DNA of 64,000 nucleotides. Origin: Flectonema sp. DT1601. Its lineage: Eukaryota. Both the position numbers and the translations under genes were made by a program. Where the stretch lies: NCBI GenBank assembly GCA_964019425.1, contig OZ025789.1, positions 620,001 through 684,000 on the forward strand. Reading direction: 5' to 3'. Shown in pieces: positions 35,867 through 48,000 of this stretch; the first letter of the stretch is position 1, and each line of letters starts with the position of its first letter. Under the pieces are notes generated by a model. The model saw only the letters and a program-made list of their open reading frames with translations, searched no databases and was not told where the DNA came from.

Positions 35867-36955
35867 ATGGGGGGAAAAGCAAGCAAGACTAATGAAGGTT
35901 ACGAGAAGGAGATAGTACCACGAGCTGAATCCTCAAAAGATAAAGCGAGTGAGGTTATCGATCAAATGAGACGACAGCTTCTGAGATCATTAGTAGCAAA
36001 AGGTCAACACAAAGTTAAAGAAGCCGTTGAGAATCTTGTCGGGGCTTTAGAACGATCAAAAGCTGTTTATGGTTTTGGACATCCGCAAACTGCAAAAATC
36101 ATGTTCGACCTTTCCATAGCACTCGTTCAAATGAACTGCATGCCTGAAGCGGTACTCTCTCTTCGTGAGTGTACTCAAATATTTAAATCACTCAGAGCTG
36201 TTGATTATATGATTGCGGAAAGTAGTGAAGGAAACAAGAGTAGTTTATCATCATCAACACCAGTTCTCTTATCCGAAAAAGATCCTCGAATGCTCTACAC
36301 TCCTGCACTATCTCATAAGATTCACACTGAGGCATCCCTCAACTTGGCTCAAATATTAATGGAAATCGGACACGAGAAATCTGGTGATGAGCGAAGAGAG
36401 AACTTTGAAGAAGCTGTTGGTCATTTGATATCAGGAATAGGACTCAGAAAAGACATCATTGCGAGATCTGAAGTATCTAAATCATCACCCGCTGAAGAGA
36501 TAAAACTTTTACGAGAATGTAACGTCATATTAGGAGAAGGGTTTGTCAGCCCTGAACACTTGGGTTATAAACGACGGAAATCTGATCCAACTCCTGGTGG
36601 AAAACGGAATAAGTTTAAAAGTGTAAAGCAGCGATTGCGATTAATGAGATCTCATACTCCCAGTTCCCCACAACTTATTAGTAGTCCTAAAGTAGGTTTT
36701 GAGAAACCTCCTCCAGTACAGAAGTTATTAAGACATCGAATTAGTAACGTAGCATTTGATACAAATCGAATAAGGCCTCTCACAGATTGGTCTGATGAGT
36801 TGTCACCAACTTCGGGAGAACTACAACCAACTTCTGATGTTGAGAAATTAGGAAAACTCCTTCTTCCTTCAATCATTAGAAAGTCTTCATCAGTAAGTGA
36901 TGGAACTCCTTCAGAGTCACCTCCTCCATCGGAAGACAACCACCTTCCACCCTGA
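35867..36955 (+). CDS. Hypothetical protein with TPR-like repeats and Ser/Pro-rich tail
   Basis: VYGFGHPQTAKIMFDLSIAL resembles a kinesin-light-chain-type TPR; 5' exon structure uncertain. Confidence 0.65.
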   Translation: MGGKASKTNEGYEKEIVPRAESSKDKASEVIDQMRRQLLRSLVAKGQHKVKEAVENLVGALERSKAVYGFGHPQTAKIMFDLSIALVQMNCMPEAVLSLRECTQIFKSLRAVDYMIAESSEGNKSSLSSSTPVLLSEKDPRMLYTPALSHKIHTEASLNLAQILMEIGHEKSGDERRENFEEAVGHLISGIGLRKDIIARSEVSKSSPAEEIKLLRECNVILGEGFVSPEHLGYKRRKSDPTPGGKRNKFKSVKQRLRLMRSHTPSSPQLISSPKVGFEKPPPVQKLLRHRISNVAFDTNRIRPLTDWSDELSPTSGELQPTSDVEKLGKLLLPSIIRKSSSVSDGTPSESPPPSEDNHLPP

Positions 36956-37232
36956 AAAACCCAACCCAAATCCATTCCTCAATACTGTCTTCTGACATGG
37001 GCCTCTTGATTGCAACATCTTTTTTATATAATTCTTATGATGTGGTAGGGCGGCATTTGTTTGTTGCCGCCGCATGGAGATCAAAGTTGTGTTTAATAAG
37101 TATTCTTTCTGTCATTACACCCAGGCAATACCATCTTCTTACGGAGATGTAGCGTTAGCCGTGTGAAACCATTTATAATGTTTGTGTGTCTTCTTGTGTT
37201 GATGTTACTTTATTATATAACAGTCGGGGATT

Positions 37233-38093
37233 ATGAATAAAGCGATGAGAGGAATCCCTGGAAGTCGAATCAGGGACTTCACTCAAATAGTAATATACAC
37301 TGGAGGTGTACTGAACTACATGTTGGTGGTTAATCAGGCCATGAGACTGTTGAGAGTGGGGGGAAAATCTAGAAAATTAGTCGTCCTGATAGGATTACTT
37401 TCTATTGGACTTGCACATGCTTGTCGTGAAGCTCTTCGAAGGATGCGAGAGGTTGAAATCTCAAAACTTGAGAATGCAATTGGGTTCAAAGGAGATATTA
37501 TAGCTGCGAATATTAATTCGTATTTTCCTGCTCTTCAACCCCTTGATCAAAACAGATGGATGTCACTTACTAATAATAAAATATTCGACATCTGCGCGAA
37601 CAACTTCACCGATCCCAAAAATATCTCCAAACTATCATCCGCAGACAATGAAAAAACAAGGTTTCTTCGTGACGCTAATGCAACGCATTTGTTTACAGTC
37701 ACAGAAGGTGTTCCTTTGAATATCTACAGCGAGGTGCATCAGTTCTCATATTCCTCTGTAAAATCATCACTGCGAGACCTAATAAAACATTTATGTACAG
37801 CGACTGGTCCTATTTCACCACAGACAGTTAGGATAGTTGTTAATACATACACAGACACTCTTGTATCTGTTGATTCTGAATCCTCTTATGTCAGAACTGC
37901 AGACAACTTGTCGACTGACGTTAAGGGTCTCGGCTCTTGCCTTTTTCTAATGTGTACAAATGTACACTACAGTGGTGATAATACTCTCTTAGTATCGAGA
38001 TGTGCCCCGAGTAGGTTCTCAAAGTTGGTTATCGACATGTTAGCAGGCAGCATTGACGTACCTGAAATAAAAAGAAGAATTGAAGTACTGTAG
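37233..38093 (+). CDS. Hypothetical protein with N-terminal hydrophobic segments
   Basis: 286-codon ORF starting just after TAACAG; no family recognised. Confidence 0.65.
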   Translation: MNKAMRGIPGSRIRDFTQIVIYTGGVLNYMLVVNQAMRLLRVGGKSRKLVVLIGLLSIGLAHACREALRRMREVEISKLENAIGFKGDIIAANINSYFPALQPLDQNRWMSLTNNKIFDICANNFTDPKNISKLSSADNEKTRFLRDANATHLFTVTEGVPLNIYSEVHQFSYSSVKSSLRDLIKHLCTATGPISPQTVRIVVNTYTDTLVSVDSESSYVRTADNLSTDVKGLGSCLFLMCTNVHYSGDNTLLVSRCAPSRFSKLVIDMLAGSIDVPEIKRRIEVL

Positions 38094-38271
38094 GCACCAC
38101 GACCCCTATCTTTCGAGGGGAATTAATGTTAAAGATGACAGGTCTGATGTTTCCACCGATTTATCAGATTTTCTGTCACATAGAATAGTCTTATTAAACA
38201 CAAAAATTGTTAGTTGAATTGCGATTGTTAATTATTTATCTTTTTAACACAACAGGAATACAGTATATTAA

Positions 38272-39384
38272 ATGGGATCTGGTTCCCCAGGATGCTCTGT
38301 CCTAGTCCGTACATGGGTGAAGGAGAATGTTGTAGGAGCACTCGCTCTGGCGGTGATATTTTCATTGGCGGTGTTGTATGCTAAGTTTTGTTACATGGAA
38401 CCTGATGAGGAGATAATGAGATGGATAAAAAAACAAACCGTGAACGATGGCAACACTACAGAAATGATGATTACTCGACTTCCTTCAAAGTATCGAATGT
38501 TGAATCCGTTTTTGTTGTTTGTCGATTACCCCCTTTGTAGATTTGTTACTTTTGATTTGAAACTGAAAGACGTTCCGGGAGTATCAGCAAACCTAGTATC
38601 ACTAGTCCATCCTTTGGTAGCAGTCTTAGCATCGATTACAATTATAAGAGCTGCTTACCCTCCAAGAAGTCGACCAGACTCAGAATCAACTGAGCTTCCG
38701 TTAGTAACAAAAGATTCATCACAATCGTTAGTTGTCCCAGCTGAACCAAATTTCTTTTTAGTTAAGTTGGCAGCTTTCTTATTTACTCTTCGGAATACCT
38801 TAGATACTCTTGATGGAGTGTTAGCGAGAGCTCAACAATCAAAAACTTTATCAACGAAAGTTGGTTTCAACGGACATCTACTTGACGTTGTTACTGACAT
38901 GGCAGGTGTCACCTGCTTTGGAGTTTGTATTTGGTATCATTTTTACTTGTTAAAAAGTCGTGTTGAACGGCATAGTTTTCCAGGTGTTCGGGAAGCAGTT
39001 TCAAAATTAATATCGATGGGACTATCACCTGTTGCTGTCTCTCGTATAATGGTCTTCGGAGGACTCGCAATGATAGGTATGACTGGCATGTCTTGGGAAA
39101 CAACGATGCTTAAAATGCAAATTTTCTTTGATGAAACCAGCAACCCTGCGATTCAAGCAGTGGAGCGAACACCTCCTGTTCAAATTTGCTACCTTCTCTG
39201 GTCTTTAACTTGCAGTGATACTTTATTTACGTATCTCACTGTAGCTCTCATGTGTGGTGTTGCACATGATTGGTTGCTTATACTTGCTGTTTATGGTTGG
39301 TCGTGGTTAGTTATTCTTACCTTGTATTCTGTATATACTACGAGGTGGATAGGAAACCTTCCTGAGTTACAGGGTGCACTCTAA
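38272..39384 (+). CDS. CDP-alcohol phosphotransferase family membrane enzyme
   Basis: Signature DTLDGVLAR...GHLLDVVTD (DxxDGxxAR...GxxxDxxxD) and multiple TM segments. Confidence 0.85.
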   Translation: MGSGSPGCSVLVRTWVKENVVGALALAVIFSLAVLYAKFCYMEPDEEIMRWIKKQTVNDGNTTEMMITRLPSKYRMLNPFLLFVDYPLCRFVTFDLKLKDVPGVSANLVSLVHPLVAVLASITIIRAAYPPRSRPDSESTELPLVTKDSSQSLVVPAEPNFFLVKLAAFLFTLRNTLDTLDGVLARAQQSKTLSTKVGFNGHLLDVVTDMAGVTCFGVCIWYHFYLLKSRVERHSFPGVREAVSKLISMGLSPVAVSRIMVFGGLAMIGMTGMSWETTMLKMQIFFDETSNPAIQAVERTPPVQICYLLWSLTCSDTLFTYLTVALMCGVAHDWLLILAVYGWSWLVILTLYSVYTTRWIGNLPELQGAL

Positions 39385-39867
39385 TTCATCTCTTTTTTTT
39401 TTTTTTTTTTTTTTTTTGATTATTATGACGTAATTTTTTTTTTTTTAATACAAAAATCTGTGGGGGGAAAAAACAAAAAAAAAAAAAAAGTGTTAAACCA
39501 GCTCCGTTAACGACGTGCTAATCGCTCGTCAAAGCTGCGTCTGCTGGGCAATCGAACTAACCATCTAGTAGCTGGATCACTCCGAAGGAAGTTTCCCTCG
39601 CTCGATAGCTGGAACCATAAAGGAGTTACGCCAAGTAAGGCGAATGATTGAAGGCATTGGGGATATCGTTTCGCCAAGCATAGTTGTTTTTTCATTCTAC
39701 TTTTTTTTTTTTTTTTCTTTAACTTTTCTTTTTTAGCTTTTTAACTACAGTCCTGTCTAATAATGTCACAATGAAGGAAAAAAAGTAGGAAAAAAAAAAA
39801 ACTTAAATTCGTTGCATTGACAGCGAGTATGCCAATTTTTTTTTTTTTTTTTTGATAGTACAAACTT

Positions 39868-39970
39868 TTGTTTGTGCACGAAACCGTGAACCGACTTAAA
39901 CTGATAAAGCTAAAGGAGGTTTACGTGTGCTGCCAACATTCTTTTTCGTTCTTACAATACTTGTTAAATG
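39868..39970 (+). repeat. Dispersed ~105-bp repeat, copy 2
   Basis: Collinear with 12921-13028. Confidence 0.85.
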
Positions 39971-40931
39971 CAGAGTCTTCATCCAAGGAAGAGAACATTT
40001 TGGAATGAAACGTTTAGGTTTCACAACCATTACAGGGATGTCAGCCAGATGACTATCATTGCGGCTTCTCTGAATAGAGATAGCATAGGAAATCTATGAT
40101 TACGATGGTGGGGTTGATTCTTTTTTCTAACATTTTTATCTCCCCGACTGCCACCTTTTTCTTTTTTTATATATTTTGAGAACCGCACCAATGAGAATCT
40201 CTAATCGGCTCAGAATATCGCTGTTTGTCTTCGCACAATCTAAACATGAAAAAGCAGTCAAACTGCACATAGTAGAACGGACTCACTTGCCCAAGCCTTC
40301 TGTTTTTTTTTGTACAGGCTTAGTAGTCTTACATTATATTATTTTTGATAACTGAAGGGAAACAGCTACTGTCTTTTTAATAAAGTCTAATCTTCTAACT
40401 GACTTAAGTAAGCTTATTCTCATAGGTGTGGAGATCATTGTGTTATTTGTGGTTTTTTCTGATTTGAGTTGTTGTTGTTGTTGTTTTTTTTTTTTTTTTT
40501 TTTTTTTGATTCTGAAAAAGGGGAAAAAAAAAAAAAGGAGGGAAAAGAAAAAAAAAAAAAGGGAAAAAAAGTTGTCTAAAAATGCCCACTGGGGTACTTT
40601 AGTTTGCTGTCACAACAGTGCAGCGTTTTTTCGTTTTTTTTTTTGTTTTGTTCTTGCAGTTATTGTTCATCAGATTTTCTTCTTTTTTTTTTCTGCTTTC
40701 CTCGGACACGATCCCCTGTTGTTGGTGAAATGCTGTTTCTGATTATTATATTCTGCTAATTTTGCTTTTTTCATTTTTATACGACAGGAATCCATTACCT
40801 CCGCAATGGGAATGGAATTCCACAATAAATAAATCTACTGAATACAGATGACGATAAGAGGTGTGAGTATCGAGTCATCATAGTCATTGTTTTTGGAGTA
40901 GTTTAAATTTATTATTTAACAGAAACATAAG

Positions 40932-41789
40932 ATGATGAGATCCTTGTTAGTGTTGTTTTCACTTTTTTCATCCTCAGCTGGAGACATTATCCGACTCTGG
41001 CCAGGTGTATCTCCAGGGGATGTGCCTGGAGAGTTCGGTCCTGAAGTTACAGTTAACCAGAGAGTGTATAACGTATCAACTCCGACATATGAAACTTATT
41101 TAAACAAGTCTGGTCATGGAGGAGGAATTGTAATCGCTCCTGGTGGAGGTTACGAACACTTAGCTATTGTAAAGGAAGGAAGTGATGTAGCAGCGTGGTT
41201 AAACAAATTAGGATTTCACGCATTCGTTCTAAAATATAGGGTCCCTCCTCGCCCGCCTGTAGAAGGGATGCCAGTCCACTGGGCACCACTGGAAGACGCA
41301 CAAAGAGCGATGGGTTTGGTTAGAGAGAGTGCTGAAGAATATGGTCTTAATGCTTCCAGATTAGGGTTTATGGGATTCAGTGCAGGAGGTCACCTTACAG
41401 CTCACATCTCAACCAACTGGCAACATCGTATTTACAAACCAAACTCATCTGCTGACTACAAACACTGCAGACCTGACTTTTCAGTTTTAAATTACCCTTG
41501 GGAAATAGTGTCTAAGAATCTTACTGTTGTCGCGCCGGAACTTATTTCTGGTGTCGGCCCTTCTCAGCCACCTGCGTTTTTCAGTCAAGCGATGGATGAC
41601 CCGACAGCTCCGTGTGAGAATTCACTCGTGTTCATGACGCAAATGAAGATTAGGAAATCACCACTTTCTGAACTTCACCTGTGGCCTCATGGAGGACACG
41701 GCTATGGTCTTTGTACTGAAGATCTTGACGTCTGCACGTGGCCAGCCAGGGCTGAATTGTGGTTCCGTTCAAATGGCTGGATGGAGTGA
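40932..41789 (+). CDS. Secreted alpha/beta hydrolase (bacterial-type esterase)
   Basis: Signal peptide, PGGGY oxyanion motif, GFSAGG nucleophile, RPDF, DD and GGHGYG. Confidence 0.88.
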   Translation: MMRSLLVLFSLFSSSAGDIIRLWPGVSPGDVPGEFGPEVTVNQRVYNVSTPTYETYLNKSGHGGGIVIAPGGGYEHLAIVKEGSDVAAWLNKLGFHAFVLKYRVPPRPPVEGMPVHWAPLEDAQRAMGLVRESAEEYGLNASRLGFMGFSAGGHLTAHISTNWQHRIYKPNSSADYKHCRPDFSVLNYPWEIVSKNLTVVAPELISGVGPSQPPAFFSQAMDDPTAPCENSLVFMTQMKIRKSPLSELHLWPHGGHGYGLCTEDLDVCTWPARAELWFRSNGWME

Positions 41790-42110
41790 GGACAACAGTT
41801 CTTGTTCTTGGGGTTCACGACTTGTGTTAAGTAACCTACCCAACGTAAATAACCAATAACAAAACTAGCCAAACTAATGTATCGAAATGTGCGTACTTCT
41901 TGCATTACGATAACGTGGCGTGCGGACCCTATTTGTCAGCCCTGTCACTTTAATTTCGGCTTCTGATGTTCTCCTTTCTTATTATTTTCTATTGTTGACG
42001 ATGTTTTTTTATTATTTAATTACAACTCCCCTTTTACCAGTAAAAAACCATGTGATCCTACTATTTATTAAAAAAAAATATAATTTTTCCTTCAGAGTAC
42101 GTAATAAAAA

Positions 42111-42581
42111 ATGGAAGAAGTATTTGAGGGAATTCGCTCTGCGTTTTCTTACAATGAGACAAGTGGTGATTGTAATGCAGTTGGGCTTATGTCAGCAGTA
42201 AAAGTAGCCTTTAGAGCAATTGAATGGACGGACTCTTGTGTGGTCGGAGTTTTATTATTTCACGTGTTTGTTTGGTGTTGTATTATAACGTTCAGGAACA
42301 ACTCTAAAATGTTAACCTGTCTATGTGGATTACTCACTATAGGAATTCAGTCAAACACAATAATAAATAACTTCGCAAGAGAACATTGGAAAAGTTTCTC
42401 AAGTCGTAACTACTTTGATGATAATGAAATCCTCGTTAGGCTACTGTGGACTACACCACTCTTGTTGACAGCGTTTGTTGTTTTGGTAGCAGCGTTGGTT
42501 AATTCTGCTATGCAGATAAGAAAGTCACCGAGACTAATTAGAATTCAACGTCACGTTCAACAAGAACGAAAGAAGTGTTAG
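42111..42581 (+). CDS. TMEM18: TMEM18-like membrane protein
   Basis: AIEWTD, INNFAREHWKSFSSRNYFDDN, PLL motifs, three TM segments and a basic tail. Confidence 0.75.
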   Translation: MEEVFEGIRSAFSYNETSGDCNAVGLMSAVKVAFRAIEWTDSCVVGVLLFHVFVWCCIITFRNNSKMLTCLCGLLTIGIQSNTIINNFAREHWKSFSSRNYFDDNEILVRLLWTTPLLLTAFVVLVAALVNSAMQIRKSPRLIRIQRHVQQERKKC

Positions 42582-42738
42582 TTGGTTTAGACCACCCAGT
42601 TATTGATAACAGTGATCAGTAACTTTAAAAAAGGTATTGTCATTTTGTGATATTTGGTTCGTTGATGTCAGTAATCCTTGAGTATGAACTTAGTAGTCAC
42701 TTTTACAAGTCAGTAGTTCCCTTCTCAGAATATTTAAA

Positions 42739-44620
42739 ATGATTGCAGATCGTTTTGAAGACACAATCACCACCGTCAATGGAGATAAGTACAAAGGACA
42801 GCTGAGAGATGCTATTGGAAAAGCATGTGAAATGGACGGGTCGGGAGTAATGCACTACGTTAACGGTGATGAGTACGAAGGAGAATGGGAGGGTGGGAGG
42901 AAACAAGGAAGTGGCAGAATGAAATACGCAGACGGAACAGAATACGAAGGCGAATGGCAGAGCGATGTCCCAAATGGATGTGGCTGCCTAACACATTCAA
43001 ATAAAGATTTATATGAAGGAACTTTCAGAGATGGATGCAAGCATGGTTTGTATTTTATAAACAATTCTCTCACACTTAACAACAAGTATCCTCTTACTCA
43101 TTACTAAACAGGAATCGGAACAGAAGTAGTCAGCAACACTGGAGAGCGCTACGTTGGGTCATTCAAAAATAATCGAAGAGATGGACGCGGTATCCTCGAA
43201 CTCAAAGACGGAACAAAATACGAAGGAAAATTCCACAACAGCACCGTACAAGGAGCAGGAACCATGATATTTCCAAACAAAGATGCCTACGTCGGTAATT
43301 TTAGTAATGGTTTAATGCATGGAGAGGGGACTTACAGATTCTCAAACGGTGATACCTACAAAGGTGTCTACAAAGACGGTAAGAGAGTATCAGGTATATT
43401 TAAGTTTACTTTTAAAACACAACAATGTACACAAAACTAAATTAACCACTTATTATAAAAACAGGAACACTCATTCAAGAAGACGGTCGTCACTTCAAGG
43501 CTGAATTCCGACCCTGCGGGTCACTAACTCGATTAGAATCAATTGAAGAGAGTAACGGCAGCGGCTATGGTTCGCGGAATAACGAAATCGGGTTCTCAGT
43601 AGAACATCACATCGCTAAGAGAGACGACACCAGCACTGCCTGGAAGGAAGGAAAAGGACGAATTGAGTACGCAAACGGTGATACTTTTACTGGTGATTTC
43701 GTTGCTAATAAAAAACACGGAATGGGTGTGTATTTATATATTTAACAAAAAAACGATGAACACCATCTTCTAAAATATAAAAACAAACAACACAACCAAC
43801 AACAGGGATTATGATATACGGAAACACAGATCAATACGAAGGCAGCTGGAAGAATGATCTCCGATCTGGAAAAGGTCGAATGACTTGGGCTTCAGAACAA
43901 CCTTACGGAGGATGGAGATATGAAGGAGAATGGAGAGAAGACCTCCCAGACGGACACGGCAATCTGATTATTGATTTGGAGGGTTCTCGTTATGAAGGCT
44001 GCTGGGTTGGTGGTACCCGAAACGGTCTCGGAATAGAAACAATAACAGGTATGCAACATAATTATCCCGCCCCATGGTTATCCACTATTACTATCCTGAA
44101 TGACACCACCAGTTTGAAAACTATTTTAATAACACAACTCTCAGGTAACACTTATCGCGGAGAATTCCGCCAAAACGAACGAAGCGGTAGCGGAAAATAC
44201 ACCACCACTGACGGTACTACGTATATTGGACAATTCCAGTCAGGTGTTCTCTCTGATTTAAATGCAACAATTATTTACACAAACGGAGATGTATTTAAAG
44301 GTGAAGTAGGTGAGGGCGTACCTTGCGGAGAAGGAGTAACAGACTTCGCAAACAAAGACGTCTACGAAGGGGAATATAAGAATGGAAGCCGCTGGGGAAG
44401 TGGAGTGATGACATACGCTAATAATGACATCTACGAGGGAATGTGGGTTAACGATATTATAACAGGGCACGGATCTATGACTTATTGCTCTGGTGGTACC
44501 TATGAAGGTTCTTTCAGAAATAATCAAAAACATGGTCGAGGAACTTGGACTGAAGAAGGATTAAAATACTCGGTAGTTTTCAAAGAAAATCAACTTATTG
44601 AAAAGACGAAATCCTCCTAA
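42739..44620 (+). CDS. MORN-repeat protein; introns 43046-43111, 43394-43464, 43726-43805, 44049-44144
   Basis: Many YxGxW/F...GxG repeats; four GT-AG introns join the fragments in frame. Confidence 0.9.
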
Positions 44621-45035
44621 AGTAAATTAAGATTCGTTTCTACCCGTCGTAGTTCACTAAGCGAATGGTTTTGAAGTCATCTCACTATTCGCTTCAATAC
44701 TGCGCATGTTTTATGTTTTTTACTCTGTTTTATGTCAATTATTGTGGGTGTTGCTTTCCAGCCACCCTTCCTCTCACTTTTTTTTTTGAGAAAAAAAAAA
44801 AATAACAAAACCAACTCAGTTTAACTGCATCGTATATTATCTAATTATGTAGTTATATAAATGTGATTTCAGAAAAACTGTTTTAATCACGTCTCTCAAC
44901 AAATAACAAACACTCTTTTCTACAATTATTATTATTATTATTATTTTGGTTATTCTATTAATGTTCTTTTTGTGAATTGGAGAAAGTGTTTTTAAAAATA
45001 TTTTTCCAAACACGAAATCAGATTGGGATTTTTTG

Positions 45036-48000
45036 ATGTTAATTCGACTCGTTGAAGTAATCGCTCTGGTCGTAGTAGTTGAGGGAGGTTGGCCGCAGTG
45101 CATCACAAAACCTGAAACATGCTATGAAAAGATTCATGGAGATTTCGCATACGCGATTCGAAGTGCTAGTAGTGGGAAGAATCCACATTCTGTTATGAAA
45201 TCTTTTATTTCAATGGGTGAGGATTCGTTTGGAGAATTGTGTAATCGAGAAAATTGGAATAAAAGAGAAAGCTGTACACACTGTCCTTTAAGAGTTGTTA
45301 TTTCTGATCCACCTGATCTCCAAATGGAAGTTTGTGCCAAAGACAATATCTTTGATCCCTTCGTACCAGATGCACACATCGACATGTACCACAAACTCAA
45401 CGGACAAAAACTTGAACTTCTCTTATCCGGCAATACAGATGAACAAAACCTCGCATGTAGCCCGACTGATTTATATGACGGTAAGAATTACACTGGTAAG
45501 ATGGTCGTGAGTATCCGCGGTACCTGTTTCTTCTTTGAAAAAGGTAAAAACGCAGCCCAAGCTGGAGCATCAGCATCAATCATAATGAACCCAAACCATG
45601 CCTTGTCAAGAGACTGGAGGATACCAGTTATGGCTGGCAGATCAAATGGACTTGGAGACATGCCTTCAGTGGCTGTTCATTACTACAGATTTGATCGCAT
45701 AGTAAAGGCTTTGAAAGATGGTATTAAAGTAACTGGGAGTATTCAATTATCCTGTAGTCAACCAGAAAGCTATCACGAATATGTTGACTTGGATTGTCCA
45801 CTTCCGTATTTTGTCAGCATGTGCAACATGCCAAGATTTTCTAGTCAAAATCGATTGTGTTCGAAGTGTACCTTCACAGTGGAAATGGGTGGTAAAGACG
45901 TTTGTATTTGGGGAAATGATCTCTTTCCGAGAAAGAAGAGAAATCACATACTCCGCAGAAGTGACTATCCAAGCCTCCCTTTTGAAACAGATATGGCTGT
46001 TTATATTCCTCATGATGGATGTGATTTATCGATGTTTAATTCTAATTTAAAAGATAAATTCGTATTTATTGACATTGAAGAAAAGTGTTTTTTAAACGCC
46101 ATCCATGCAATCCAAGAAGTAGGAGTAGCAGGGGTGTTCTTGTGTAGGAAAGACAACAGACCGTTTGAGTTTCCCAGTGAGAATTTAAAAATTCCATTTC
46201 ACAGAGTAAATGCATCTAATTACAGTACAGTAATTGACTTTTCATTGAAGAATGGAAAACTATTCAAATTATCGCCTGACTATGAAGCACATGAGCTACC
46301 AAGCCTCGTCGTCAAAGAGTGGACGGTTGACTTGCCATTTGTTCACCTGCTTCCTGCAGAACAACCACCTTCGCATATTAGGCTTAAGTCTTCTGATTTT
46401 ATTTGGTCATTTGCTGTTATTTTTTGTATCGTTTTGTTTTTATTGTTGTCAGTGGCATTTATTGTTCGACATGTTAGACAACCGAAAAGTACTTTGGGAA
46501 AAAGCGCATCTCGGAATACAATTCCTCTTTCAAGTGCTAGCGCAATGCTGTCGGTTACTTTATTGTTGACGATGGCTGCTAGTGCTTTTGCTCTTTCTTA
46601 TAACTCTGGTCTTGAGATTGCAACAACAACAAAAACTGAAACCAACGTTGTAGTTCGATTGTCTCATGCAAACGCTGCTGAGAATATCCGTCATTTGAAT
46701 GAGCTGTGGAGAAGTGTCCTTCTCGAAGATACCGTTCTCACCACGGCTTCCTTCTTCGAAACCGGCTCTCGTCTTGCCAGGTCTCTAGCAAGCGCATACG
46801 TCAGCTATAATGGAACATGGGATTCGTTTCATGAGTTGTTCTTCATTCAACACTCACTTAAATTCAATTGGCTTCATCAAATTAAGATGAAAAACGGTTT
46901 CTTTGCTTCGAAGAATGTCGTTTCAGACTTCGTCAAATCTCCAGAAGCAAATAAAACTGAAAACGGATATGACTGTGGATTGTTATCTACGACAGTACAC
47001 GACAATGGTATTCTGACGTATAAAACTAAAATTAGTAAGACTCAGTACAACCCAATGAGAGTAGTAGCTGGTGAATACAGAAACCCTTTTGATACTATTG
47101 CCGGTGTTGATATGGGAGGATTGGTTTATGTTCAAAATTCATACAACATTCTGTTTATGGCTGAAGCTGATATCAGTCGGAAAGCACCACTAACGATTGC
47201 AACACCAATCTATACAGCTTTATCTCAAACAGAACCAGTTGGTGTTATTGAGGTTCACCGAGGATCACGTCATCTCTCAGATGCAATTATTTCATCAATA
47301 AAAAGCTCTCCTGAAGCAGAAAACATCACATTCTTTATTGCTCATCGAACCACAGGAGCTATCATAGCCAATAGCTACAGCACAATCAAACACATCGATA
47401 TGTTTCCATTCAGTGCTAATTACAGACCTGCGACGGAACTCTACACGTTATTTAACATAGCTGAAATCCAGCAGAGGGCTTTGGGAATGAAACTTTATAA
47501 TGCAGGTAGTGGATCTTTCGGTGTTGGATTTAAACAGCTTTCTGGTGGTAGTCACAAAATGGGAGGGTTGTTTGATCAAAAAGATTATTACAAGGAAACT
47601 GTTAGTAATGTTATACTTAAATTCGATTTTGAGATGACAGATGAATTTGGTAGGATTATCGACAGAGGACCAGAACATTGGAAAGCAGAAAACAGAGATG
47701 GATCTTGCTCTGGAAGTAGTTGCCTTCATGAGGTGACTGTTAATTCTCACGGACCGAAAGGTAATAGGGCGATGCATTTTGACGGAAAATCAATTTTATA
47801 TATTTACCAAAATCTAACAACTGACACCCCTCGCATTGCATCATCACGAATTCAAGCCAATCCTTGGCAATCAACATCAACTGCATGGAACAAGTCGATG
47901 ACGTATTCAGATGGTACCGAAGTACTCATCTTTAGTGAGGATACGAGTAAGACACCACTTCCGATTGTAAGAGAAGCGTGGTACTTGCACGTCTTTTCTA

